Origin: Deltaproteobacteria bacterium
Lineage (GTDB): Bacteria; Desulfobacterota; Desulfobaccia; Desulfobaccales; 0-14-0-80-60-11
DNA: 47,988 nt
Assembly (NCBI GenBank): GCA_021817645.1
Contig: JAKAGH010000001.1
Location: forward strand, 1-47,988
Reading direction: 5' to 3'
Below are positions 8,411-16,479 of this stretch, piece by piece. Position 1 is the stretch's first letter. Every line of letters starts with the position of its first letter. Under the pieces are notes generated by a model. It did not search any database and was not told the origin of the DNA. It was given only the letters and a program-made list of their open reading frames with translations. Both the position numbers and the translations under genes were made by a program.

Positions 8411-9518
8411 GACATTTTTAGCTCGGGACTTGAAGGATGCCCTGTCTCAAGTGAAAAAGGAGCTGGGGCCGGAAGCGGTGATCCTCTCCACCCAATCCCG
8501 GTGGTTCAAAGAGAACCAGGCCGGCTGGGGCCGGCGGCCGGGGGTGGAAGTGACCGCAGCCGTGGATATGACCGCGTTCCCCAGCAATGGGGACGGCAAC
8601 GGCGATGGCCGGACGGAATGGCTCCCGTCACCCTCGACTCCGGTCAGCCAAATCCAGGAGGATTTGGAAGAAGTCAAGGACCTGCTGCACCAGTGGGTGC
8701 GGCAGAGCGGTCCGCCCTCCTGGCTGATGCAGCACAAAGAACTGACCATGTTTTACCGCTTCCTCACCAGGTCCGGGCTGGATGAGCGCTTCCTGCAGCG
8801 TTGGCTGGATAACGTGCAGGGCATGCTGGAACAACCCGGAGAACAGCCGCTCACCCTCAAAGAGGTGGCCAGCCGTTACTTGATGCAGGCCTTTGAAGTG
8901 GTTGACCCCTGGAAGGCCAAAGATGGCCAGCCCCGCTATTGGGCCTTCATCGGCCCCACCGGTGTGGGCAAGACCACCACCATCGCCAAACTGGCGGCAA
9001 AATTTGGTATCATTGAAAAACATAAAGTTGGATTGATTTCCATGGACAACCAGAGATTGGGCGCCCACAACCAGTTGGCTGCATACGCCCGGCTCGCGGG
9101 GCAGCCCCTGATGGTAGTGCACCAGCGCCAGGAATTGCTGGAGGCCATGGAAAAGCTGGCGGATCTGGATCTGGTCTTGATCGACACTGCCGGCCGCAGC
9201 CCTTATGCCCCGGCGTTGCAGAAAGAATTGCAGGAATCCCTGGGGGAATTGCCGGAATTGGAAAATCATCTGGTGTTGAGCGCCACCACCAAAGAAAGCA
9301 ATCTGATTAATGCCATCAAGCGTTTCAGTGTTCTGCCCATTTCTTCCTATATCATTACTAAACTTGACGAAACCAACGACTTTTCCGCGATCTTTAACCA
9401 ATTGTGCCGTCACCGGGTGCCCGTTTCTTATCTGACTGCGGGCCAACAGGTGCCTGAAGACATCGAACTTTCTTCCCGGCGGCGGGTGACCGAGTTGTTG
9501 CTGCGGCGCCGGAGCTAA
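8400..9518 (+). CDS. flhF: Flagellar SRP-type GTPase FlhF
   Basis: G1 motif GPTGVGKTTTIAKLA and G3 motif DTAGRS are present. It overlaps the flhA end by 11 nt. Confidence 0.9.
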   Translation: MKLKTFLARDLKDALSQVKKELGPEAVILSTQSRWFKENQAGWGRRPGVEVTAAVDMTAFPSNGDGNGDGRTEWLPSPSTPVSQIQEDLEEVKDLLHQWVRQSGPPSWLMQHKELTMFYRFLTRSGLDERFLQRWLDNVQGMLEQPGEQPLTLKEVASRYLMQAFEVVDPWKAKDGQPRYWAFIGPTGVGKTTTIAKLAAKFGIIEKHKVGLISMDNQRLGAHNQLAAYARLAGQPLMVVHQRQELLEAMEKLADLDLVLIDTAGRSPYAPALQKELQESLGELPELENHLVLSATTKESNLINAIKRFSVLPISSYIITKLDETNDFSAIFNQLCRHRVPVSYLTAGQQVPEDIELSSRRRVTELLLRRRS

Positions 9519-9549
9519 GCGCGATTCCAGAGATCAATGGGAGTGGTTT

Positions 9550-10437
9550 ATGAAACCAACCATACTTATTAATGACCCGGACGAACTGGACGAAATGACC
9601 CCAGAGTTGTCCGCGCCATCCCCGCCGCCTTTGCGGATTATTGCCGTAACCTCCGGGAAGGGTGGAGTGGGCAAATCCAACGTGGTGGCCAACCTGGGTG
9701 TGGCCCTGGCCCAAAAAGGGCTCAAGGTCCTCCTTATCGATGCAGACCTGGGTCTGGGCAACCTGGATATCCTCCTGGGACTGGCTCCCCAGTACACCAT
9801 TCATGACGTACTGCAGCTCCGCAAAACCCTGCCGGAGGTCCTGGTGGAGGGGCCGGGGGGCATGAAGATTCTGCCGGCCTCCTCCGGCATCCCGGATCTG
9901 GCGGAACTGGACGAATACCAGAAGATGTTTCTCCTGAACGAATTGGATAATTATTCGGAGAGCATTGATGTGGTGCTGATCGATACCGGGGCCGGCATCT
10001 CCCGCAATGTGCTGTTCTTCAACATTGCGGCCTCCGAGCGGCTGGTGGTGGCCAATAATGAGCCCACCTCCATCACCGACGCCTACGCCTTGATCAAGGT
10101 TCTGGCCACGCAGCACAACGAGCGGCGTTTTAAGCTGCTGGTGAACGGGCTCTCCCAACCCCGGGAAGCGGAGGCGGTGTACCGCACTCTGCTGAAAGTG
10201 TCGGAACGTTTCCTGGGCCGTGACATTTCCCTGGAATATCTGGGCCATATCCCCTATGACGATGCGGTTTCCAAAGCCGTCTTGAAGCAACAACCGGTTT
10301 TGACTCTGTATCCCAAATCCCGGGTCGCCAAGTCCTTTCTCCAGATGGCCCGGAGGCTGTGGGAAATGCCCGCGCCTGATGAAATGGACGGCAATATCAA
10401 GTTCTTTTGGCGGCGCTTGCTGCAATACCAGATTTAG
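9550..10437 (+). CDS. flhG: MinD/ParA-type ATPase FlhG (FleN/YlxH)
   Basis: Deviant Walker A, VTSGKGGVGKSNV. Length is 295 aa, and the gene sits between flhF and fliA. Confidence 0.9.
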   Translation: MKPTILINDPDELDEMTPELSAPSPPPLRIIAVTSGKGGVGKSNVVANLGVALAQKGLKVLLIDADLGLGNLDILLGLAPQYTIHDVLQLRKTLPEVLVEGPGGMKILPASSGIPDLAELDEYQKMFLLNELDNYSESIDVVLIDTGAGISRNVLFFNIAASERLVVANNEPTSITDAYALIKVLATQHNERRFKLLVNGLSQPREAEAVYRTLLKVSERFLGRDISLEYLGHIPYDDAVSKAVLKQQPVLTLYPKSRVAKSFLQMARRLWEMPAPDEMDGNIKFFWRRLLQYQI

Positions 10438-10461
10438 CAGGTTCCAGTGGAAGAGACAGAA

Positions 10462-11253
10462 ATGAAAAAACAAGCATTGGCCCATGACATGTCTGCGGAG
10501 TATTGGCCCGCGGAGGTGGATAATTCCTGGCAAGAGCAGATGGTGCTGCAATATGCGCCTCTGATCAAGTACATCGCCTCTCGCCTGGCGTTGCGCCTGC
10601 CGTCCCATATCTCCCTGGACGATCTGATCAGCTCCGGGATCATCGGCTTGATTGACGCCATCCACAAGTTCGATCCCAGCAAAAACATCAGTTTCAAGAC
10701 CTACGCGGAATTCCGCATCAAAGGCGCCATCCTGGACGAACTGCGCAGCCTGGACTGGATCCCCCGATCGGTGCGCAAAAAGACTCATCTTCTGGAAAAC
10801 GCCTACGCGGAATTACAAAAAACCCTGGGCCGGCCCGCCGAGCCGGAGGAAATAGCCCAGGCCCTGGGCATAGGCATAGAAGAGTTCTACCAGCTGCTGG
10901 ACGAGACCAAGGCGGTTTCTCTGGTGGAACTGGAGGGGGTGTGGAAGGCGATCAGCGGCAGCGCCGAACTCGCGGATAGTGATATGCCCGAAATCCTCCA
11001 GGATGAAAATATCCGGGATCCGTTCATGGCCGTACACTTCTCCCAGCTCCAGGAGGTCATGGTCCGGGGGATCGAGGCTTTGCCTGATAAAGAAAAGTTA
11101 TTGATTTCCCTGTATTACTACGAAGAACTGACCATGAAAGAAATCGGCCAGATCATGGGCTATACCGAATCCCGCATTTCCCAGTTGCATACCCAGGCGA
11201 TGTTGCGCCTCCGGGCCAAGTTGCGGGACCATTTCCAATTTGGAGATAAATAA
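10462..11253 (+). CDS. fliA: Flagellar sigma factor FliA (sigma-28)
   Basis: Sigma-70 family regions 2 (FKTYAEFRIKGAILDELR) and 4.2 (LTMKEIGQIMGYTESRISQLH) are present. ATG at 10462 follows a GGAAGAG; an in-frame GTG at 10447 is an alternative start. Confidence 0.9.
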   Translation: MKKQALAHDMSAEYWPAEVDNSWQEQMVLQYAPLIKYIASRLALRLPSHISLDDLISSGIIGLIDAIHKFDPSKNISFKTYAEFRIKGAILDELRSLDWIPRSVRKKTHLLENAYAELQKTLGRPAEPEEIAQALGIGIEEFYQLLDETKAVSLVELEGVWKAISGSAELADSDMPEILQDENIRDPFMAVHFSQLQEVMVRGIEALPDKEKLLISLYYYEELTMKEIGQIMGYTESRISQLHTQAMLRLRAKLRDHFQFGDK

Positions 11254-11254
11254 A

Positions 11255-11761
11255 ATGTGCCGGCGCTTGCTGCTGCGCGTGTTCCCCTTCTGTCTGGTGC
11301 TGGCCTTCTCTTGGGGTGCCGGAGTCCAGCAGAGTTGGGGCCAGATAAAGCAAATAGCCCCCCCGCAGCCCGGTCCCATCGTGGAGGCCAAGATCGGCGA
11401 GAAACCAGGGACTGAGAATTCCCTGCCGGTCGTGCAGGGCAAGATTGTGGAGAAAACCGGGGCTGGGAATTCCTTGCCTTTGGACCCCTTTTATTTGATT
11501 GAGGAAGAAGGCCCCCGGGTGCGGGTGCTGCGGGTGGCCCTGGCCCTGGAATTTGCGCAACCGGAAGTGAAGGGGGTCGTTGACCCCCAGGCGCCGCGTC
11601 TCAGAGAAATCGTCTACGACTTTTTGGTAAGTAAAGAGCATGACCCCGGCCTGGCAGGAAACGGCGAGCAGAAAATCCTGGCCGGATTAGTAAACCGCTA
11701 CCTGGGGCAGGAGGCGGTTACCGCCGTTAAGGTGGATCAAAGCTACCTCTTGCTCCCCTAG
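11255..11761 (+). CDS. Secreted FliL-like domain protein (FliL paralog candidate)
   Basis: The ATG lies 1 nt after the fliA stop, with a GGAG 9 nt upstream. It has a signal-peptide-like N-terminus (LLLRVFPFCLVLAFSWGAG). The C-terminal block PLDPFYL..RVLRVALALEF..PRLREIVYDFL..LVNRYLG..V aligns by eye with FliL at 1016..1492 (PLEPFLV..RYLKVKIDLEV..PRIRDQLIFLL). An internal 13-aa repeat is present (KIGEKPGTENSLP / KIVEKTGAGNSLP). Confidence 0.5.
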   Translation: MCRRLLLRVFPFCLVLAFSWGAGVQQSWGQIKQIAPPQPGPIVEAKIGEKPGTENSLPVVQGKIVEKTGAGNSLPLDPFYLIEEEGPRVRVLRVALALEFAQPEVKGVVDPQAPRLREIVYDFLVSKEHDPGLAGNGEQKILAGLVNRYLGQEAVTAVKVDQSYLLLP

Positions 11762-11775
11762 AGGGAGGAAAGACC

Positions 11776-11994
11776 ATGGATGGCATTGATTCGTCCGGGA
11801 GGGTTCCTATTATCCCCCCTGACCAGAACCTGATCAGCGACCATGTCCGGGAAAAAGGGGGCCAGTCCCGGCCCCAATATTTTGCCCAGAAACGAAAGCC
11901 AGCGGAGCCCCAACCAGAAGAACTAGTAGAAGAAGAGACCCCGGCTCCGGAAGAACCCGGGAAGCCGAAACACCACATCGACATCAAAGTTTGA
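11776..11994 (+). CDS. Hypothetical 72-aa acidic, Pro-rich protein
   Basis: A strong AGGGAGGAAAG precedes the ATG. It is packed tightly between neighbours on the same strand. No family was recognised. Confidence 0.5.
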   Translation: MDGIDSSGRVPIIPPDQNLISDHVREKGGQSRPQYFAQKRKPAEPQPEELVEEETPAPEEPGKPKHHIDIKV

Positions 11995-12009
11995 CTGCGG
12001 AGAAAAGTC

Positions 12010-12459
12010 GTGTCTGCCAAAAACATGGAATATTGGATTTTCATCCAGATGATCCTGGAACTGGGCCTGATTGTAGTGGTGGCGATATCCTTGCTGCGGA
12101 TCAGGTCCTGGTACAAGAATATCATGGCGATGCAGGCAGGGCTGCCTTCCCGGGAAGACGCGGCCAAGATGGCGGAACTGGCCGCAGTTATGGAGGAACG
12201 GCGTCAGCATCTGGAAGAACTCCTAGGGCAACTGGAACAGAAAGCCACGGCTCTCCAGAAAAATCTCTCCCGGGGAGGGTCCAGGACCCAGTCCCCCGGC
12301 GACTCCCCGGCCCCCTGGGAAAGCGGCGTGTCCCTGCGCGTCCAGGTGGAGAATCTGTACCGCCAGGGCTGCTCCACCGAAGAGATCGCCCGGCGTCTGC
12401 AGATGAACCTGGCGGAAGTGAAAATGGCCCTGGACCTCTCCCGGGCCCGCCCGCGGTGA
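12010..12459 (+). CDS. Membrane-anchored protein with a C-terminal HTH, DUF2802-like (flagellar-cluster associated)
   Basis: It has an N-terminal TM (WIFIQMILELGLIVVVAISLL) and a coiled-coil-like middle. The C-terminus VENLYRQGCSTEEIARRLQMNLAEVKMALDL resembles the DUF2802/sigma region-4-like HTH found at the ends of flagellar/chemotaxis clusters. The start is GTG at 12010 or ATG at 12025. Confidence 0.5.
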   Translation: MSAKNMEYWIFIQMILELGLIVVVAISLLRIRSWYKNIMAMQAGLPSREDAAKMAELAAVMEERRQHLEELLGQLEQKATALQKNLSRGGSRTQSPGDSPAPWESGVSLRVQVENLYRQGCSTEEIARRLQMNLAEVKMALDLSRARPR

Positions 12460-12654
12460 GACATTTTTGAGAATCGGCGTGGTGCCGCAAAAAAGCAAAG
12501 AACAAATTCTTCTCTGTCACGGTGCGGTCTTTTCAGGGAATTGTATTAAACTGTCATTCGGAACGGCGCACAGCTTCGTTAAAAAGCTCGGATCAGGAGG
12601 GGAAAATATTGGGGAACTGATACCTTGATCTGGCGAGGGGGTAAACCAAAATAC

Positions 12655-13302
12655 CTAAACCATAGCTATATCATTAACATACCTACCGAATTCCTGGTCC
12701 ATCATCTTAATGTGCCCTGCAATCCATGATGAGATAATATCGCTGATATTATTAGGCGATAGCTGATTGTCAGTATAATAATCGTCTTCAAGCCCCATCA
12801 GTTTCTTCAGAAATTCATCGTGTTTTTCCCTATGCTCGAAATATTTTGGATAACCATACTTAATCATATACTCTTCTTCGGTCATAAAATGCTTAAAAAC
12901 ATATCTTCTCATATTCAAGATATAGAGATATATTTTCATCTTTACGTCTTTATCCACTATTATGATTGAAGGAGATGCATAAGTATCTCTGAACTTTTCA
13001 AACATTTTCAGAAATATTTCATGTTGTTTATCAATTTCGTTGATGCCAATGACGTAGGCATCATCCCCCAGGCCGCCTGCTGGCCTGCTGGCCGGCAGAG
13101 CCGGAAACTCACCCATTAAATGCTGATACGCGGTGTTAATTTCTTGCATCCGTCTCTCCCCCTGCATTTGCCTCCAGGGATCATCGGGAAAAAGGTCCGG
13201 ATGCCAGGCCTTGACCAGGCGCCGGTAAGCCAGCTTCACCTCTGGCAAGGAGGCGCCGGCTTTTATGCCTAGAGCAGCATAATACTGTAAAAGATGGTCC
13301 AT
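12655..13302 (-). CDS. J-domain (DnaJ-like) protein fused to a complete hemerythrin-like domain
   Basis: Single 215-codon frame. The N-terminal J domain reads YYAALGIKAGASLPEVKLAYRRLVKAWHPDLF, with an intact HPD. After a Pro/Ala/Gly linker come the hemerythrin metal ligand motifs DKQHEIF, KHFMTEEEYM, FEHREKHDEF and GHIKMMDQEF. Confidence 0.8.
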   Translation of the reverse strand: MDHLLQYYAALGIKAGASLPEVKLAYRRLVKAWHPDLFPDDPWRQMQGERRMQEINTAYQHLMGEFPALPASRPAGGLGDDAYVIGINEIDKQHEIFLKMFEKFRDTYASPSIIIVDKDVKMKIYLYILNMRRYVFKHFMTEEEYMIKYGYPKYFEHREKHDEFLKKLMGLEDDYYTDNQLSPNNISDIISSWIAGHIKMMDQEFGRYVNDIAMV

Positions 13303-13377
13303 GCCTCTATTCCGGTCAGCAGAAACTTATACCAAGTTCACTTCTTTGAGCAGCAAATTGAGAGTACCGCCGTGTAT

Positions 13378-13420
13378 CGGCGTGCATCGGCGGCTAATAT
13401 TTAACCGCCGGTGCACGCCG
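13378..13420. repeat. GC-rich 16-bp inverted repeat (one mismatch) between the two hemerythrin genes
   Basis: CGGCGTGCATCGGCGG, loop CTAATATTTAA, then CCGCCGGTGCACGCCG. On the plus strand it is followed by TTGTTCTTTCGTTT. There is no U-tract in the minus-strand sense. Confidence 0.7.
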
Positions 13421-13472
13421 TTGTTCTTTCGTTTAGTGACAGGTCAATATAAATTTGGCATTACATCGCTGA

Positions 13473-13913
13473 TTACGACTTCACCCCCACCATTGCTTTA
13501 TAATAATTGCCGAAAGCCTTATCCACCTTTTGGATATGTCCTTCCAACCAACTTAACATAAAATTTATTAACTTTTGCGGAGATATTTCTTGAGAATTAA
13601 TCACAGCTTCTTCTAATTCAAATACTTTCTTTATAAAAGCATCGTGTTGTTTTTTATGTTCAAAATATTGTTGATATTTACTACTAATCATATATTTCTC
13701 TTCCGTTAAGAAATGGTTAAATGCGTATTTTCTCAGGTTTAATACATCTAAATACATCTTCATTTTGACTTCATCATTTCCCAAAGAGTTAGACATATTT
13801 TCATAAGTTTCACTTACTCGATTGAGAAGATTTACAAATGATTCATGTTGAGCATCTATTTCATTTATGCCGATATTATAAAATTTATCCCAAATAAAAG
13901 GCATTTCGGGCAC
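13473..13913 (-). CDS. Bacteriohemerythrin (stand-alone, 146 aa)
   Basis: All four ligand motifs are present: IDAQHESF, NHFLTEEKYM, FEHKKQHDAF and GHIQKVDKAF. The gene is AT-rich compared with its surroundings. Confidence 0.85.
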   Translation of the reverse strand: MPEMPFIWDKFYNIGINEIDAQHESFVNLLNRVSETYENMSNSLGNDEVKMKMYLDVLNLRKYAFNHFLTEEKYMISSKYQQYFEHKKQHDAFIKKVFELEEAVINSQEISPQKLINFMLSWLEGHIQKVDKAFGNYYKAMVGVKS

Positions 13914-13937
13914 CTGTTGAGGACTGAATATTAAAAA

Positions 13938-13966
13938 GATTTTTCAAAAATTAATAACTGGCTAGA
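13938..13966 (-). promoter_or_regulatory. Candidate sigma-70 promoter for the hemerythrin gene(s)
   Basis: The minus strand reads TTGACA-17 nt-TAATTT, about 25-50 nt upstream of the 13913 start. Confidence 0.3.
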
Positions 13967-14276
13967 TGATTGTCAATTATTCGACACTCTGAATTTTATG
14001 GGACTCTCCTGTGCCTGGCAGATGCCGGTGGCGCGCCGCACTGCGATCCCCGGCCCCAACCGCTCCTAACCGTGGGCGCCGGGTTGACAAGATGGCAGGT
14101 GCGATGGCGTCCCGCCCCGGGATGCAGCCTTCTCCCTTTTCCTCCTCTCCCCTCGTAAGTTATCTTTGCACCGCGGCCTTTTTCTAATAAGATGGTGGAG
14201 AAGATTTTTAGGGAGAAATGGGAGCTGCACCCCTGCAGGTCTCCCTGCTAACCAATTTTCCGAGGTCACGCGATCC

Positions 14277-15995
14277 ATGGATCTCAACCGATGGCAGCAG
14301 CGGCTTCAGGCGGCGCGGGGTGAAGTGCCCGCGGATTTGGTGCTCGCCGGCGCCAAGGTGGCCGGCGTCTATACCGGCGAATGGCGGCAAGCGGACGTGG
14401 CCATTTTTGACGGGGTGATTGTCGGCCTGGGGGAATACTCCGGCCCCCGGCTGGACCTCTCGGGCCGCTTTCTCCTGCCGGGCCTGATCGACGGCCATCT
14501 GCACCTGGAGAGCAGTATGCTCACGCCCCGGGAGTTGGCCCGGGCCCTCCTGCCTTTGGGCACCACTTCGGTGGTGGCCGACCCCCACGAGATCGCCAAT
14601 GTTTGGGGCGCGCAGGGCCTGGATTACCTCCTGGCGGCCAGTGAGGGACTCCCCCTGGACATCTTTTTCATGCTCCCTTCCTGTGTCCCGGCCTCGCCCC
14701 TGGAGACCGCGGGGGCCCGGCTGGAGGCCCCGGACCTCCAGCCTTACGTGCGCCACCCCCGGGTCCTGGGCCTGGCGGAAGTAATGAACTTTCCCGGAGT
14801 GGTGGCCGGCGATCCGGGTCTGGCTGCGAAGATCGCCCTCTTCCCCCACCGGCCCGTGGACGGCCACGCCCCCCTGCTCTCCGGCAAGGGTCTGAATGCC
14901 TACCGGCTGGCGGGGATCGGCTCCGACCACGAATGTACCCAGCTGGCCGAGGCCCGGGAGAAACTGGAACTGGGTTTTCACCTCATGCTCCGGGAAGGGA
15001 GCCTGGCGAAAAATTTGGCCGATCTGCTGCCCGCGGTCACCCCGGCTTCCCTCGGTCGCACCATGCTGGTCACGGACGACTGCCACCCGGAAGATATTTT
15101 GGCGCACGGCCACCTGAACCATTTGCTGCGCCTGAGCGTTTCTCTGGGGCTGGACCCCCTGGCCGCCGTGACCATGGCCACCCTCAACCCTGCCTCTTAC
15201 TTTCGGCTGCGGGACCGGGGCGCGGTGGCCCCGGGCCTGGCCGCGGACCTGGTGGCGGTGGAGAATCTGGAGACCTTCCACATCGACAAGGTCTTGAAAA
15301 ACGGCAAGTTGTTGGTGGATGGAGGACGTCTTACCGGCGGTCTAGAATTTCCCCCTTATACAACACCGGTGCCGACCATGCGGGTCAAGATGCCGGAGTT
15401 GGCGGCCTTTTCTCCCCCGGCCGGGGGTGAGCTGGTCAAGGTCATCGGCCTCATTCCCGGCCAACTGCTGACGGAGAAACGAGTCCTGCCTGCGCCCGTC
15501 CGCCATGGCCGCCTGGCCGCGGACCCGTTACAAGACCTGCTGAAACTGGCGGTGGTGGAGCGCCACCACGGCAGCGGCAACCTGGGGCTGGGCCTGGTCC
15601 AGGGCTTCGGCTTAAAGCGGGGGGCGCTGGCCTCTTCAGTGGCCCATGATTCCCACAATATCGTGGTGGTGGGCGCGGATGAAGCGGATATGCTTCGGGC
15701 CGTGGCCCATCTGGTTAAGCTTAAAGGCGGCCTGGCGGTGGTGGCCGGGGGCCAGGTGCTGGCGGACCTGCCTTTGCCCATCGCCGGACTCATCAGTCCC
15801 CGCCCCCTGGAGGAAGTAGCCGCGGCTTACGGCCGCGTACAGGCGGCCTACCGGTCCCTGGGCGGGGAACTGCCCGATCCCTTCATGGCCCTGTCCTTCC
15901 TGGCCCTGCCGGTGATCCCGGCGTTAAAACTGACCGACCTGGGGTTGGTGGATGTGAATAAGTTTGAGGTGGTGCCGCTGTTTGGAGAAGATTAG
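14277..15995 (+). CDS. ade: Adenine deaminase
   Basis: Amidohydrolase motifs LPGLIDGHLHLESSML and GTTSVVADPHEIANV are present. About 572 aa from the ATG at 14277. The longer ORF-track start at 14166 has no support. Confidence 0.85.
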   Translation: MDLNRWQQRLQAARGEVPADLVLAGAKVAGVYTGEWRQADVAIFDGVIVGLGEYSGPRLDLSGRFLLPGLIDGHLHLESSMLTPRELARALLPLGTTSVVADPHEIANVWGAQGLDYLLAASEGLPLDIFFMLPSCVPASPLETAGARLEAPDLQPYVRHPRVLGLAEVMNFPGVVAGDPGLAAKIALFPHRPVDGHAPLLSGKGLNAYRLAGIGSDHECTQLAEAREKLELGFHLMLREGSLAKNLADLLPAVTPASLGRTMLVTDDCHPEDILAHGHLNHLLRLSVSLGLDPLAAVTMATLNPASYFRLRDRGAVAPGLAADLVAVENLETFHIDKVLKNGKLLVDGGRLTGGLEFPPYTTPVPTMRVKMPELAAFSPPAGGELVKVIGLIPGQLLTEKRVLPAPVRHGRLAADPLQDLLKLAVVERHHGSGNLGLGLVQGFGLKRGALASSVAHDSHNIVVVGADEADMLRAVAHLVKLKGGLAVVAGGQVLADLPLPIAGLISPRPLEEVAAAYGRVQAAYRSLGGELPDPFMALSFLALPVIPALKLTDLGLVDVNKFEVVPLFGED

Positions 15996-16158
15996 CTCAA
16001 ACTTCAAGTTTTATGTCTCGGGCATCTTTCGTTGAAGATTTTCGAACTTTCCGTCTCATCACCGGATAGTACCAAGATCCTTCCGGGCCTGGCGCAGTTG
16101 GTTTTCCACCTGAATTGAAGAAAAAGTGTTATCATAACTGCACAATACGGAGCTTCTG

Positions 16159-16479
16159 ATGGGAGGAGAGGCCATCAAAACAAAACAGGACGTATTGAAG
16201 ACCCTGCGCCAAAACCGCGACCGCCTCAAGGCACTTGGGGTAAGCAGGATTGGGTTATTCGGCTCATTCGTGCGCGGAGAACAACATTCCGGCAGCGATA
16301 TTGATCTGCTGGTGGAATTTGAGGCGGGACAGAAAACCTTTGATGCCTTTATGGAATTGTCCTTTCTGCTAGAGGAAATTTTGCAGCATAGAATTGAACT
16401 GGTGACGCTGGAATCCCTCAGTCCTTATATCGGGCCGCATATTTTAAAAGAGGTGGAATATGCCGCTCTCGCCGCTTGA
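16159..16479 (+). CDS. mntA: MntA-type nucleotidyltransferase antitoxin (type VII TA)
   Basis: Minimal nucleotidyltransferase motif [23 protein letters not shown]. Length is 106 aa, and it overlaps the downstream HEPN gene. Confidence 0.85.
   Translation: MGGEAIKTKQDVLKTLRQNRDRLKALGVSRIGLFGSFVRGEQHSGSDIDLLVEFEAGQKTFDAFMELSFLLEEILQHRIELVTLESLSPYIGPHILKEVEYAALAA

Noticed and set aside
9394-10788. 464-aa minus-strand ORF antisense to flhF/flhG/fliA, the longest unassigned ORF in the track
   Set aside because: It spans three sense-strand genes that have clear Walker A and sigma-factor motifs. It contains no recognisable motif and crosses the intergenic gaps of the sense genes.
13301-13561. 86-aa plus-strand ORF in the hemerythrin spacer
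   Set aside because: It covers an intergenic hairpin and then runs antisense into the hemerythrin gene. It has no RBS and no motif.
13970-14276. Possible purine riboswitch or other leader upstream of adenine deaminase
   Set aside because: I looked for the conserved purine-riboswitch three-way-junction core (UAUA...loop-loop...CUAC) and did not find it. Only a short bulged hairpin at about 14218..14246 is present. An Rfam scan would settle the question.
14208-15281. 357-aa minus-strand ORF antisense to adenine deaminase
   Set aside because: It is a shadow of a well-supported amidohydrolase gene, and its composition is Arg/Gly/Gln/His-biased.
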